From Flectonema sp. DT1601 (taxonomy: Eukaryota), in NCBI GenBank assembly GCA_964019425.1, contig OZ025782.1, forward strand, positions 558,001-622,000: DNA of 64,000 bases, written 5' to 3'. A program made the translations under genes and the position numbers. The notes beneath the pieces were generated by a model. It had not been told where the DNA came from and did no database searches. It saw nothing but the letters and a program-made list of their open reading frames with translations. Within the stretch, counting starts at the first letter, position 1; every line of letters begins with the position of its first letter. Below, one piece after another: positions 21,347 to 35,051 of this stretch.

Positions 21347-23792
21347 ATGGGATGCACGCAGTCACAACAGCAACAGACTGAAGGACATGCGAATCCAATG
21401 CTGAAAGGGTCAATGAGACCTGAGCCTTATGTTTGTAATTCAAATTCATCGCATCTTTCATTTTCTACTAATGTGGCTTCACCGAAGTCGTTGACGGCTT
21501 TGAAAGGAAGCCGTAAGAAAGCTAAAGGAGTTCATCCTCTACACGTCGTTGAAATAGCTCTGAGAACTCAATCTGCTTTGAAGATGCCGCTGATGTTGAG
21601 GAATGATCTCGTGAAGGAGGTTCAAAAATTAGCTGGCTGTCTCGGACTGACGATGGCTGAGTTTGAAATAGCAGCTCGTGAGGATTATAATTCACTCTCT
21701 CCTCCAACAAGATCTATCGATCTGATGTCTTTTTTAATTCAACAACACTATTCAATTGTTCTTGGGAAGGTTACTCCACCTTCTCTACGAACATCTCTAT
21801 TTGGTCACAACGATAGCCCAACAACCGTCACAGCTAACGGAGGTGAATATGTTGAAGGAACTTGTGCAGCTGAGCATTTCATTATTGGAGGTGGAGGGAA
21901 TGTGATAACTGGTGGGACTGGATCAGATGTTTTTATGTTCTTATCTCGTAGTGACGATGATCGCAGTTGTCCTCACATCTTAACAGACTTCGATCCCTCT
22001 GAAGATAAAATAGATTTACGTGCTCTTAACATTTCCGGATTCTCTGAACTAGAGCTGCGACCTCAAAGTCATCATCATTGTTGTATTAGTGGAGTTGGGT
22101 TAGATATTATACTTATTGGTGTGTCTTTGTTAAGGTTTTTAATAATTGAAAACAAACAAACAACAAGACAAAAGGACAAAAAACAAAAACAAAACAGGTG
22201 TTCATCCCACCCAATTGCAGGAATCTCATTTCCTATTCAAAGCGAATGATTTTAATCAAAAAGTTGTTATGGTTTACTCCAGTGTGAGTAATGAACCGAA
22301 TAAAGCAGATGGAGGTGAGAGTGAACAGCCTACCACTTATGTAATACAAGGAAAGAGTCCAAGGGTTAACAGTACTGTGAATGCTGACATGTTTGTATTT
22401 ATTCCAATGGAAGAAATATCTAATGCGGTGATTGAAAACTTTCAAGTTGGGGTTGCGGAATCAACGGCCGACTTCAATGGAGACAAAATTGATCTCAGGG
22501 GGTATAATGTTGTGTGTCTTGAGGACTTACAAGTTACTAAACAAGGAAATGATGTTTTAATTAGTTTTGCGAAACTTCGTATTACTCTCGTTGGTATTAA
22601 AGTTGAGCACATTCATGAATCGCATTTTGTATTTGGAAATAAGAAAGACCAAACTTCACAAATCGCAGCTGACTCAGCAAGTCCGAGAGCAGACACTGCG
22701 AAGACTAACACACTACTACCAGCAGTTGTTAAAAGTATCATCTTATGGAGTTTGATTCACAGCAATGGTGGTGACTGCGGATCAGTTTGTGAATCTCCTT
22801 CACTGAAATCTATTGATATGTTTTCTGATCTGATATCGTTACCAACAAAAGACATTAGAAGTTCAAAGGGACTCTCACCAAGAGCAAGTCCAACACTTGA
22901 AGAATCCTGCTTTTCATGGGGATTATCACCGAGAGTACTCCCACAAAGTGTTTCTGTGTCGTCAACATGTTCTACTCACACTGGTGGTGTCTTATCAACC
23001 GATTGGTTGATACGTCTTCAATACGACATCACAGCACGTCGAAGTCTTCGTCAAATCGATCGAATCATCGAAGGAGCCCTCGGCTTAATATTCACAGTGT
23101 TTTATAACAAGGTAGCCGTACCTATCTCTGAGAGAATACTTTTTCATGTGAAACCCAGGCCTGTTCCGCAGATGGAATTGAGAAATGGATATTTACTTCC
23201 TCCAAAACAATCAAAATATGGAAAGTACACCGTAGTCCTTGACCTAGATGAAACTTTAGTATACAGCAGACACATGTATAGATGTAATCAATTATGTATA
23301 AGACATGGTGTTCATGATCTGATGACGTTATTAAAACAATACCACTGTGAAGTTATTATGTGGAGCGCTGCTGATGCTGAAACAGTAAATGTTGTTTGGT
23401 CTGCTGTAGACCCGACTGGTATCACTGCATTTGTACTACCAAGAGAAGTATGGCAAAGAGATGTTAATGAACAACGTAAAGATTTAAAAAGACTCAATAG
23501 AGATTTGTGTGGTACGATACTCATTGATAACACACCTCTGGCAGTTGATGGTCAGGTGAGTAATTCAATACTTGTTCGTGATTTTTTAGGAGGTGAATGC
23601 GCATCAGATAAGAAAGATGAATTATACTCGTTGATAGAAATACTGAAGTCACTATTTGAATCGGGACAAGACGTTCCGACATTCATAAAGAACTCACAAG
23701 AACTTTGTGAGCTTTCGACAGTTATTCGTAAGTCAGAAATGAAATTCAATCTTATTCACAGGCTACCAGTAGCAAGTGATGCCGTAAACTAA
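21347..23792 (+). CDS. NIF/FCP1-type (CTD small phosphatase-like) phosphatase with N-terminal acylation motif and two RTX/serralysin C-terminal-like modules (2 exons)
   Basis: Intron 22119-22197 joins the 21347 and 22146 ORFs in frame (IILI-G-VHPTQL). N-terminus MGCTQS. LLPP...TVVLDLDETLV (Asp codon at 23241), KDLKRLNRDL...ILIDNTP define the NIF domain. Confidence 0.88.
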
Positions 23793-24383
23793 CCAGCCCG
23801 GAAGATTATTTCTTCTACTTTATTTCATTTTTTAATTTTTTTGTTGTGTTTATCACCGACTTCCTGTCACGTAGAAGGTGAGACACTTGTACCTTTTACC
23901 ACTTACACGGTTTAATTATGTTGGAAGAAAAAATATCTGGGAAGCAAAAAAAAAAAAAAAAAAAAAGCAAACCTTTTGTTGTGTTTGCTACTTGGCTCCT
24001 TTTATGTTTATTATTATGTTTTGTATTTCCTTACTCCGTGAAAATAAGGTCAATATTTTTAATAAAAAACGAAAAAAAAAAAAAAAAAGTGCTGTTTTGA
24101 TTCTAATTAAGCAAGACTAGCCATCTCAAAAGTTTATTTAATGTTCATCTTATCTAACTCACAATTGGTATTTCTAACAGTACTGCTCACTGAGAGCATA
24201 ATAAAGCACTTAGCTGACATGCCAGTGTCGCCGTTGGCGGCAGTTGAAGTGTCGGAAGTAGTTCAGGTGTGTCATTATTGTAATTGCTATTCTTAATATC
24301 AATTATGCACTCACACAACACATAAACAGATACCGTCTGAGTTGCAAGATGATCCATCAGCATCTCCCAGCACTCGACTTGAA

Positions 24384-25256
24384 ATGTCCCTGCGAAGGGA
24401 AATGTTACTTGTGTGTGGCATTCAAGAACTCCTAAACAACAATAAGCGAATGTCGACTGCCACATATGAAAAAGAACAGCAAACTGCTAAAGTAGTAAAT
24501 TGGATGAAGAAACAAGAAGACAAATGGAGTGAAGTAGTTCGACAATTGGCATCAGAAGCGGCAATAGAACAACCACCAGTTGTTCAGCCTCAAGAAGTTA
24601 AGTCAGCTGAAGAACGGAAAAAAATACCTCAACTTCATCTAAATAATATTGGAAACTTCTTATCTGCTCCAAGTCCAGGACAGTTGACTGCGAGTAGTGT
24701 TTCTTCTAATTCAACTACGAGATCAACTTGTGGATCTTTGAGTATGAGGCTTAGTGGAGTCCCTCCTCTAATGCAAATACCCAACCTACAACTATCTCGT
24801 GTGATAACTCAACTCTCTAGTAGATCTCAAGCGTCAGGGAGGTTAGAGACTCCATCTTCACTGTCATCAGATAGGACCATTCCAGATAGATATACACCTC
24901 TTAACTTTAATGATGATAATCAATATTATGATACTTCTCGTGGTACTCCAACAAGAACAACAGTTCCAACTCTTCATCTAAATCTCTGTAAGAATGAAGG
25001 TTGGCTCTTCCCACAGGCATCAAATATTTCATCATCTCCTTCACACGCTTCACAAGCATTGTCACCTGGGCTGTCGTTGCCCCTTCCTTGTAGGAATGAT
25101 CCAGCGCTTGGATTCGGTATTCCAGAACAGTTATCTGAGAGAAGGTATGTGTTTCCTCAAGGGAGCAGTAGATGTATTTCACAAAAACTAAAATTATTAA
25201 ATAACAACAGCCGAGCATCTATGGGTTCTGCAAGGACTGTAGACAGTCTTTCATAG
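24384..25256 (+). CDS. Hypothetical Ser/Pro-rich protein
   Basis: Long ORF with a recurring P-x-L-x-L motif (IPQLHL, IPNLQL, VPTLHL); first ATG at 24384, 5' end uncertain. Confidence 0.65.
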   Translation: MSLRREMLLVCGIQELLNNNKRMSTATYEKEQQTAKVVNWMKKQEDKWSEVVRQLASEAAIEQPPVVQPQEVKSAEERKKIPQLHLNNIGNFLSAPSPGQLTASSVSSNSTTRSTCGSLSMRLSGVPPLMQIPNLQLSRVITQLSSRSQASGRLETPSSLSSDRTIPDRYTPLNFNDDNQYYDTSRGTPTRTTVPTLHLNLCKNEGWLFPQASNISSSPSHASQALSPGLSLPLPCRNDPALGFGIPEQLSERRYVFPQGSSRCISQKLKLLNNNSRASMGSARTVDSLS

Positions 25257-26945
25257 AGCTGATCGTCTGCTTGTGTAATTATTTAACTTATTCAGCTGGT
25301 AACAGCTACGTCACAGCTCCGTCGGTCTGAGCTGTTTTTCTTTATGAGGTTCCTTTGGATTTGATTATCACTTTTTTTTTCTGATCATCCAAAAAAAAAG
25401 GTAGCCCGTAGCTGTTGCAAGGTTCCTATAACATTGATCGAAAAAAAAAAAAAAAAAAAAAAAACAAATATTGTTTTCTTATTATAGAGAGTGCAATGGG
25501 CTGTTGGAAAAAAAAAAAAAAAACTTCATCGGGAGTAGTAATTCTTTATATAATTGGATTGTCAATCAATTTTTTTTTTTTTTTTGTTTATCTTATTTAT
25601 TTTATTTGTTGGGCTGTGTGGTCTTGGTTAGATTTCTGATTGTACACAAGAAACAGTTCTTCGAACCATATGAATATTTCTTATTAGATAATAAGCACTT
25701 AATTCAACCAATTAAAAGAGACGAGGAAAAACGCAGAGCTCCCTCCCGATCTCTTTGTTTTAGAATTAGCTGTCTGTGAGGCAATTTTTTTTCTTTTGCA
25801 AATGAGAAAAAAATAGTAATTTTTTTTGACACTAAAGTTTTTTTTTTTTTTCATTTTTTTTTTAAAAAGTCAAAATCTAATGTATTATAGAAAAGTAGAG
25901 AGGAAAATAAAAAAAAGATGCTGTGGTTTAATAGCAAACAAAAAAATAAAAAAAAAAATAACTTCCCCTTCGTCTATGTGATACCGGTTGTTACTGTTTT
26001 TACGTTGTCGAAGCCTCACCCCCCACCGATGTGATTTACCAGTTAAATGGTACTTGCCTGATTTATTTTTTAATTTTATACCATAGTCCCTTTTTTTTTT
26101 TTGCCATTCCAATTAAGTCAGTTTTTCTTTCTCTCTTTCTATCCACGCTCCTCTTTTTTTTCTTTTGGAGCCTTCCTCTGAGTTATGCACGATCACCTTC
26201 AGTATTGTTCGTGTTCGTCAAGGGGAGTAATGATTATTTAAATTTGTTTTTCGTCCTTTATGTTTGTTATATAGGTTTTTTCAGTGGAAGGGAAGTCTCT
26301 GAATACAAAAAAACGTTTTGTTCACAGTATTTCATTTAAATCATTTTTATATTCGCTTCTTATTCCCAATATCACGTTAATATGCTTCTTGCGGCCCCAC
26401 CACATGAGGGAGCCACTATACTTTGCCTTCTTTCTTTTGTTTGTTTGCAATAAATAAAAGGGGAAAGAACAGCGGTGTGCACAAAGGTTTTCTGATTTAA
26501 GGACAGCTATGGAGTTATCGCGTGGATCTCCATCACTGCCTCTCGTACCATCAGGTATGAGACCCCCCGGAGATAGTTCCGAGCTAGCTTCCTTCTGCTT
26601 TGTCTTGTCACCACATTGTTTTTCTCTCTTCTTTTTTCTTTTTTCTTTTTTCTTTTTCTTTTTTTTTTTTTTTCCAATAGTGAAAAAGTATGGTTGTGGC
26701 ATCTTTTAGTGAAGAATAAAATATTGTTTTCTTGCCCCTCTTAACGCTGCCAGAGTATTGTTAAAAAAAAAAAAAAAAAAAATTAAAATGAAAATTAAAA
26801 AAAAAAAAAAAAATAATACTACAATAGTACTATGTAATATTTCCACACGTCTTGACTCATCTAGGTTAGATGCTTTAAGTGAGGCACTTTTTATTATGTT
26901 ATTTTTCTTACTGTCAGAATCTCAATCGAGACGAACTTTATTAAA

Positions 26946-28733
26946 ATGCCAACAACTACCGCAACTAACGAATGCACTCCTCCAGTTCCATTGATGACGA
27001 GAACTGCTTCAATGACGATGAGGTCATCTCTTTACGATACGAATGTGATGGGAAACAGTGAAGCTCCAATGTATTTAGTAAAAGATGGTATGCAGTTTAA
27101 AGAGGGTGTCCTACTGACTAGTGACTGGGCAGAACAACCAATCGAAGTTCTAAAAAAGCACATCGCTCCAAGATGGAGAACCAAACCAGAAAGATTAAAC
27201 ATTGGATGCTGCACAGGAAGGTTTGCTACTCAGCCAGAAGATGAAGAAATGTGTTTGACTGTTGGAACTCCTAATTCATGTGGTCCTACTGAAGTTTGGT
27301 TATGGCCTGCTCCACAACAACATCAGCAAGTTTCTCATCCTCCAGTTGTACAGCCATCGCAACAAATGTCATCATCTCTTATTAATCAAGCACAGTCAAG
27401 TGATGTTAGTAACAGCTCAGTATTCTCTGACTTATCAAGACAACCATCAGGTTTACTTCCAAGTGTTGATATCACTCAAGTTGACGTCACCGTGTCAGCA
27501 ACTTCTGAAGCTGATTCATCAAATGCAGAATCGAAGGACTCACCGACTGATATTAAACAACTAGCAGCAAGAGTAAGAGAAGATGGTATCATGAAAGTCT
27601 ACTTAGAAGACAGTGATGGTGTCACAATGGGAATCGCATGGGCTGAATCTGAAGATTTGGTTTCGTTAGCAGCAGGTCTTCCCAACTGCACTGAAGATGT
27701 TCTTCAAGCTCACCATCCACAATTACATGCGGCAGTGGCGGAACTTTTGAACAAGTTACCTGAAGGGGAAGACTTAACAAATTTATTAGCAGCAATGGAA
27801 GACAGTATTGGTTCTCTCTTGGAAGTACCAGCTCTCTTCTCAGCAGCGTTCAGTAGAATGGAAGAAGAACAACGAGCAAGACTTCTCAAAAAAGCGGTTG
27901 GTTTCGTTCTCCCATTCGCTGACAGACCTAGAGCTGGTCTCGCCTTAGAAGCATGCGTCAGGTTACAATGTGCTCAGGGTGCTGCAGGTGGTGTTGATGT
28001 TGTGAAACCTCTTCTTGATGAAATATTAACACATTGCAGTACACTAATGAGATCAGGTTCAGGTAATTTCTTAGTTCAGCAATGCATTCAATTAGCTCCA
28101 TCGTCATTCGCTGACTCCATTGCGAGAAAGATAAAAGGATCAGCTGAGAGTATGTCACTTCACAGACATGCGTCTCACGCTGTTGAGCAGATCTTGAAAT
28201 TTGTATCCAACCCTGTTCTTGGTGATCTCCTCGCAGAACTTATCAGAAGCAGCGGATCAGCAGCTCGTTTGGCGAGATCGCAGTCAGGAAACTACGTATT
28301 GCAGACAGCTATTAATAGATGTTTACCATCAATGTGGGATGTTGTATCAGTTCGTATTAAGGCATCTTTACCTGACCTCCCGAGTGTCTCTGCTGAACGA
28401 ATCTGGACGAAACTTTGCGAAAAGGCTGCTGCTTCTAATTTCCCTTTAGATACGACACCAAACTTCCAACCTGCACCAAAGAAGACTCAGCAGGCGCTGC
28501 CTGCGCAATCGCAGTCGCAGTCGCAGTCGCAGCCAGTTACTCCACTTGGGTATATGGGAGGTCAGTATTCACCGCAATTTCCACAAATGTACATTCCAAC
28601 TGATGTGTCTGTAGGACATAATCAACACTATTGGGGAGTAAACAACCCTTCAATGTCCAACATGAATATGTTACCTCAGTTAGAGTCAGACTACTCCATG
28701 GCTATGAGTATGCAGATGATGAATATTATGTAG
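26946..28733 (+). CDS. Pumilio/PUF-repeat RNA-binding protein
   Basis: Three consecutive PUF repeats with recognition helices SGNFLVQQCI, ASHAVEQIL and SGNYVLQTAI; Q/S/M-rich low-complexity flanks. Confidence 0.85.
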   Translation: MPTTTATNECTPPVPLMTRTASMTMRSSLYDTNVMGNSEAPMYLVKDGMQFKEGVLLTSDWAEQPIEVLKKHIAPRWRTKPERLNIGCCTGRFATQPEDEEMCLTVGTPNSCGPTEVWLWPAPQQHQQVSHPPVVQPSQQMSSSLINQAQSSDVSNSSVFSDLSRQPSGLLPSVDITQVDVTVSATSEADSSNAESKDSPTDIKQLAARVREDGIMKVYLEDSDGVTMGIAWAESEDLVSLAAGLPNCTEDVLQAHHPQLHAAVAELLNKLPEGEDLTNLLAAMEDSIGSLLEVPALFSAAFSRMEEEQRARLLKKAVGFVLPFADRPRAGLALEACVRLQCAQGAAGGVDVVKPLLDEILTHCSTLMRSGSGNFLVQQCIQLAPSSFADSIARKIKGSAESMSLHRHASHAVEQILKFVSNPVLGDLLAELIRSSGSAARLARSQSGNYVLQTAINRCLPSMWDVVSVRIKASLPDLPSVSAERIWTKLCEKAAASNFPLDTTPNFQPAPKKTQQALPAQSQSQSQSQPVTPLGYMGGQYSPQFPQMYIPTDVSVGHNQHYWGVNNPSMSNMNMLPQLESDYSMAMSMQMMNIM

Positions 28734-29939
28734 GCAATTTGGATTTTTGGTATAGTTTTTTTTTTCAGACGATTTTTTTTAGGTTTTACTCAAATAAATG
28801 TCATCTCTGAATAGAACGTCATTCCTTAATAGTCTCCAGCCACCCTGAGAGCCCTGAGAGGTGAATAAGAATGGTGTTGGCAGGCTGCTCAAGCCGAATG
28901 TTCTTTTCCCACAGAGATCCTTAATTTGTTCTCAATCCTGTTCTACGCTGGTCGCTGACAGTTTAGGAACAGTTTTTTTTTTATTTTTTTTTTAAAATAG
29001 TTTTTTCTTTTAGTGTTGTAAAACCTCAAAAAAAAAATACAATAACATTTTACCCTTTTTTGCTCTCTTATTCTGACAAAAAAATAAAAATAAAATAAAA
29101 CTGCAGGCATTTGTAACAGAGATCCTCCAAGGCGGAATCCAATGCTGTTGCTAGCATATTATTTCCTCCCGTTTTTTTTCTCTTATTTTTTTTTCCATTA
29201 CAGCTCTAGTATAAGTTACATATCCATTGTAACGAGATGTTCTACTTTTTTTTTATTCTTTCTATTCTTCCCCATAACCCATTACCCATTACCCTCCTAT
29301 TATAATTCTAAAAAAAAAAAAAAGAAAAATTTTTAAAAAAACATCTTTTTTTGTTGTAGAAAACAGTGGTAATTTGTGACGGCGAAACGTTTTCGTTTTT
29401 TTTTTTTTTTTTTTTCCCTTTTCATTTTTCATCTCCTTGTGGACACACGTAAAATAAATAAAAAAAATAGCTACTTTTTTGAAGCTGACAATATATAAGA
29501 TTATTGGTCGGATTCTTGTACGGGAAGTCAAAACGGCGGGAGGTTCAGCCTTTCTGGGATTCATCTCAAGGTAACGTCCCAGCGCGTCATTCCGAAATCA
29601 GGAAAAAAATAAAATAAAATAAAATAAATAAAACGCTTATAGCGTTTCTTGCTTCGGCAGTAGTTGCATTTTTCTTTAAAAAAGCAAATCTCTATTTTTA
29701 AAAAAAAAAAAAAAAAAGCGTCATGTTGTAATCGCTGCTCCATTTTTTGTTACATACAGTAACTGATATCCTCAAGTAAATTATGGTAAAAAAGTGGACT
29801 GCTGTGTGTTACTTCTCAGAATAAAAAAGAAAATCATTTATGTAGTTAATTTATTATTTCTTGTCTGGCCGTTTTTCTTTTTTTAATTTTCTTCTCAAAA
29901 GTGGTTTCTGTCTGCGAACCGCGTTGTTTTTTTTCAATA

Positions 29940-29976
<37 letters not shown>

Positions 29977-30988
29977 ACATCTGAGAGGAAATCATTATTA
30001 TGGTTGACGGGCGTATTGAGACAGAGTTTCGTTTTGTTGCTTCTGCTGGCTATTTAAAGTTACGGCATGGCAACTAAGTCTGTCACAGTTCTCTCCCTCC
30101 AACTTATTATTTTTTTATAAACTTTTTTTCTGTGCATGGTGCATGCGCTACATATCATAGACCTAAACGTGTATTTATTTATTTTTTTTGAAAGGCATGG
30201 CGATTGTCAGTTCTACGATGGTTGTGAGTTTACTGCAATCCAGGTTTTCTTTTTTTTATTTTTTCGTATCCAGTGACCAAACCCGAAATATTTTTTTCAG
30301 TGAGTTTTTTCTTTTTCCTTCTTCTTTTCTTGCTCATTCACTTTTTCTTCTACAATAATAACAAAGAGATGTACTTGATGTCGGTACTCATTAACAATCA
30401 CACTCAATGAGTATTTTATTTTTCGAAACCATCAAGCCTCTCAAGAGTCAACGGACCTGTCGTGTTTGTTGTTAGGGGAAAAGGTGGGTGTCAGTTATCA
30501 GATCCCTTCCTCCCCAAAAATAAAAAATAAATTTTTTTTTTCCTGGTCCCTCAGCCACTGCCTTCTGAGCACTGTCCCCTGCCTTTCTCCCACTCTTTCC
30601 TTTTACCCCTCACTCTTTGAAAAAAAAACAAAAAAAGAAAGGAAGAAGAAGAAAAACAAGATTTATACTAGTTTGTTGCGCAAAATCCATCAACTTGTTT
30701 TTCCAAGTGAAAAGATAGTTTGCAGGCACATGCGTGAGAGCAGAGATCTTGTATTTTTGCCCCTCCACTTTTCTGTCTTTCTTACTCTGAGTGAGGTTAC
30801 ATTGTACAAAAAATAAAATAAAACAATAACAAATTTGTAAGAAAATATGAACGTGTAAAAAAAAAAAAAAATTCCTCAAAACAACTGAGAGAGTGCATCT
30901 TGTCTTTTTTTTTAATAAAGAAAGTTAATTGTCAAAAAAGGATGAAGTTTTCAGGACATAGATATGCTAACCAAGGATTACTTTGGTT

Positions 30989-31028
<40 letters not shown>

Positions 31029-34000
31029 ATTCTTTGGAAAAAAAAAATTAATATAAACACGGATTCCTTTAAAAGGACTCCTACATAAATGAAGCATCGC
31101 GCTCGCGATTGAAAATAGTAAAAGTCATTATTGTTTTTATTCTTCTTGGTGATCCTTTGCAATCATTTTAAGTATGTGGTGGGAGAAAAAAATAAAAAAA
31201 TAAAAAAATAAAAAAATAATGAAGGCAATCGTTTGGTAAAACACACACGTTTTTATCAATGTGTCGTTACCTTTCCTGTTTCCATCCCTCCACTGCATCG
31301 TTCCCATTAGAAAATTCTTTTCCAGTGCCTGAGTCGAAACTGATGTTAATTTTTTTTTTAATCCTTTTTTCTTATTTTCCCATCCTTATCTTTTTTTTAT
31401 TGGTACCCTCGAAGTAAAATGATGAATTTCGACAGATGTGTTTTTCTCCTTCTTCTTCTTTTTCATTTCTTTTATTGACGGGGTCAGTCGTTTTGGTGTT
31501 CCAACTCAGCTGTCGTATTGCAGAACTGAGGGAGTGCATGATGGTCAAATCAATTAAAGATTTTTTTTTTTTTGGTGTTTTCAGACTCAAGCGTTTTTTT
31601 AAATATTCTGTCGATATATTCCTTTTTTAACAAAGATGATGATTCGCTTCCAAGAGGGTAGCAACTGTATTTCGTAGTGGGGGAGAAAAAGAAATTACCG
31701 CCTTAGTCACTATTTTTCATCCTTTCCCGCTTTATTTAATTATGTTCGTTAAGTTCTTATGTACAGCAAGTATTAAAATACAGCGATATAAGTTGGGGAA
31801 AAAAAAAAAAAAAGAAAAAATAATGCAACGAATAAAGAAAAAAAGATGTTTTTAAAAAAAAAAAAAACTATAACTAAAGTTATCTATTTGATGCAATAAG
31901 AAAGATGTGTATTATCGCCTGTGAGAGTCTCACGGTTTATACCTTTGAGCTGAACAAGTCAATTTGAGCAGCAGCGCTCAAAAGGCCTGCAGCTGCCGAA
32001 GCTTTTTATCTATTTTGGTATGATGTTGATTGGTCTGTGGTGTAGCACCACGACCAGGGACAGAATCAAGTTGATTTGTATTGTCTCATTGTTTTTTTTT
32101 TTTCTTTCTTGATTTTAAGGGAAAAAAAAAAATAAAAAAAATAATAAAGAACACAACTAGATTAGCTCGCCGGAACTGCAACCTCCCTTCACACTACTTC
32201 TATTCTAGGCAAAGAGTGGATAGACCCTAGTTTTTATTTTTTTTTTGTCTGCCTTCTTGTTCACTGTATATCCTTGTATTTCAGTTCTTCTAGTAGCGTC
32301 TGCTTGAGAATGAGGTCGTTTGGTGTTTCTGATCAGAATCACCCCCCTAAGCCTTCAGTCAACTATAATATAAATGTGTTCAAACTATATCCCAGTCAGT
32401 TTTAAATTGCTTATATAATTAAAGTATTAAGTTTCACCCCCCCCACCTCCCTAAACTGGTGTTGACCAGAATTACATCTCTGTTTCCAGCTTTTTTCTTG
32501 CGCTGTTTTTTTTTCCCTTTCTCTCTTTATTTATTTAAGTTTGTGCACCTGTTGGAAGGGGGAGGATGGGGAAAAAAAAATATTTGGGAGGATATGAAAA
32601 ACAGCAAAACTAAACTAAGAGTGCACTTATTATTATTGTTTTTTTGTTTTGTTTTTTTTCCCCCATTTAGTTGCAAGGAAAATCTTGTAACGTTACATCC
32701 ATAGATCAGCTTTCCATCGATGTTTGGGAAATATTTAGCTTGACGTTGGAATATCTGCTTATCTCTGTTGTGGATAGGGCACAGTGTTTAAGTACTACTG
32801 CAACCCATGTGGTTGTCCTACAGCTGGTGAGCCCCTCGCTTCAGCACGTCTTTTGTTTGCACCAACCCTAGATTTTGACTACCTACCTAAATTAAGGAAA
32901 AGTTTTTCTTTTTTTTTTGAAAACTGTGCCCGTCCTTGTCCACGCTAATATTATTGCTTTACACTATTCCTTACAGTTATTTGGGAGATTCTTGTTAGAT
33001 GGCTGTCTGGATGGACAATAATTATAGTTTTTGTTGTCTTGGTGGTGTGCGGCACCCTATTCCTTGAGTAATGCGAACAGTTTTTTTTTATTTTTTTTTA
33101 AATTTTTTTTTTTTAGTTTTTTATTCAAATTATCTAAACTTTTATCCACACGACGAGTTTTATCACTCTTCTGATCGTTTTCTTTCCTTCTTCTTATCCT
33201 TTTATTTGATGCTGATCTATGAGTCTCTGTTGGTGCGAGTCACCCGCACGAAGTTGTCGGTGATCTCTTTGCATTGACTTCTTTATTTTTAAAACACAAG
33301 TGCCCAATCACACTGTTCTATTGTTGTGATGGCCTTTCTCTTTTTCCCCTCTTAAATTGAACCTATTGTGTAAATTTATTATGGAATTTTTTTTTGTGTT
33401 TTGTGAATTTTTTGTGTTTTTTTTTTTTTGTTATGTTGAATACGTTAAACTGCCAACAATTCGGAATACGAAAAGTATTCTTTTTGTTGATTCCGAGTGA
33501 AAGCTTTAAAAAAAAAAAAAAAAAATCCCCCATTTGTACTTTAAATCAGTCAGGTAACGTTTCCTTTTTTTTTAAATTTATTTATTTATTTTTTATTTAT
33601 TAATATTATTATAAGCAAATCTACTACGCAATGTACAAAGAGAGCTACCTGTATTGATGATTTGGAGGCAAACTCGTTTGTTGAGATTCGAGTCTCTCAC
33701 AACAACAAAATTTCTCAGTCAAAGAGAATCAATTTTTTTTTTACAACTGTTTATTTATTCACAACGAACAAAAAAAATATATATATATGTCCTCTCTTTG
33801 TATGCGCTTTCTACTTATTTTCTCCAAGAGAGATATATTGATTGCGATGATTTCTTTTTTTTTATTATATGTGGTGATTAACTTGAATATATCAATATGC
33901 ACATTTTTTCACCCCCCCCGGCAAAATATATGGATTACTCTCGAAACCTAATAGTTACTTTAAAAGGCTAAGTTAAGCATCACACCTAGTAACTGTATCT

Positions 34001-35018
34001 CAGAACTAATGTTAAATTATCGTTATGTTTTTTATGATACAAAACATTTGTATTTTACGTACAAAATCAAACAGTTAACCCCTCGGCATTATTTTTTTCT
34101 TTTGATTAACAAGCTGTGGTATTAATTTTGAATTTGTCCGTTTCAATCACTGTTTCATAAAAGTGCTATGAGACAATACATATATTTATACCTTTACATA
34201 AATATGCTCAAACCCCCCTTCTTTTCTTTCTGAATGGAACCAAATATAAAGTCATAAAAAAAAAAAAAAATCGAAAAGAATGCAAAGAAGGAAAACATGA
34301 ACAGAGGAAACTAAGAATAAAAAGAAGAAAATAATAATAAGAAATAGTTAAACCAATGAGGCAATAGTCAAAGAGACTTGCTTAGAGTTTGAGGGGGTGC
34401 ACGCAACTGGTGTACTTTGAGTTTTCCTCTCTCTACTCGGGTTCATATGTTTTTAAATAGTAGTTATCTGACTCGTTTTTTTTTTTTTTTTTTTTTTTTT
34501 CTCGTTTTTTTGCAAGCATTACGTGTTGTGATAGGTTTTTTTCTTTCCCTAATTTCCCCCCCCTTTTTTTTTTCCTATTCAGTCAAGAAGTGCTGGTTTG
34601 GCCATGTATTGTAACTTATATATTGCAGCATGTTTTATTTAGGAAAATTGTACCATGAAAAAATTTTCTTTTGGGGGAATTTTTTTTTCTCGTTTAATTC
34701 TATCTGTGAGTACCGACAAGAACCTGATATGGACACGAGAAGAAAAAGAGCGGCTTTCATCACTTCTGAAAAGCTGTAAAGAGGAACGCTATGGTAACAC
34801 TCGGCAACCCCCCCCCATCTTTAAAAAAAAAACGTGCTGATCATTTCGTTATTCTTTCACTGGATTATTGACGTTTTATTCCTTTATCCTTGAGCCAATT
34901 AAGTGGCGATTATGCTTCGAACTCTTGACTCGTTTCATTGACGTGATAAGTGACAAGCTGACGTATTTTTTTTTCCTTTTTTTTCTATTTATTCTCTTCT
35001 TGTCGGGAAGAATGAAGG

Positions 35019-35051
<33 letters not shown>

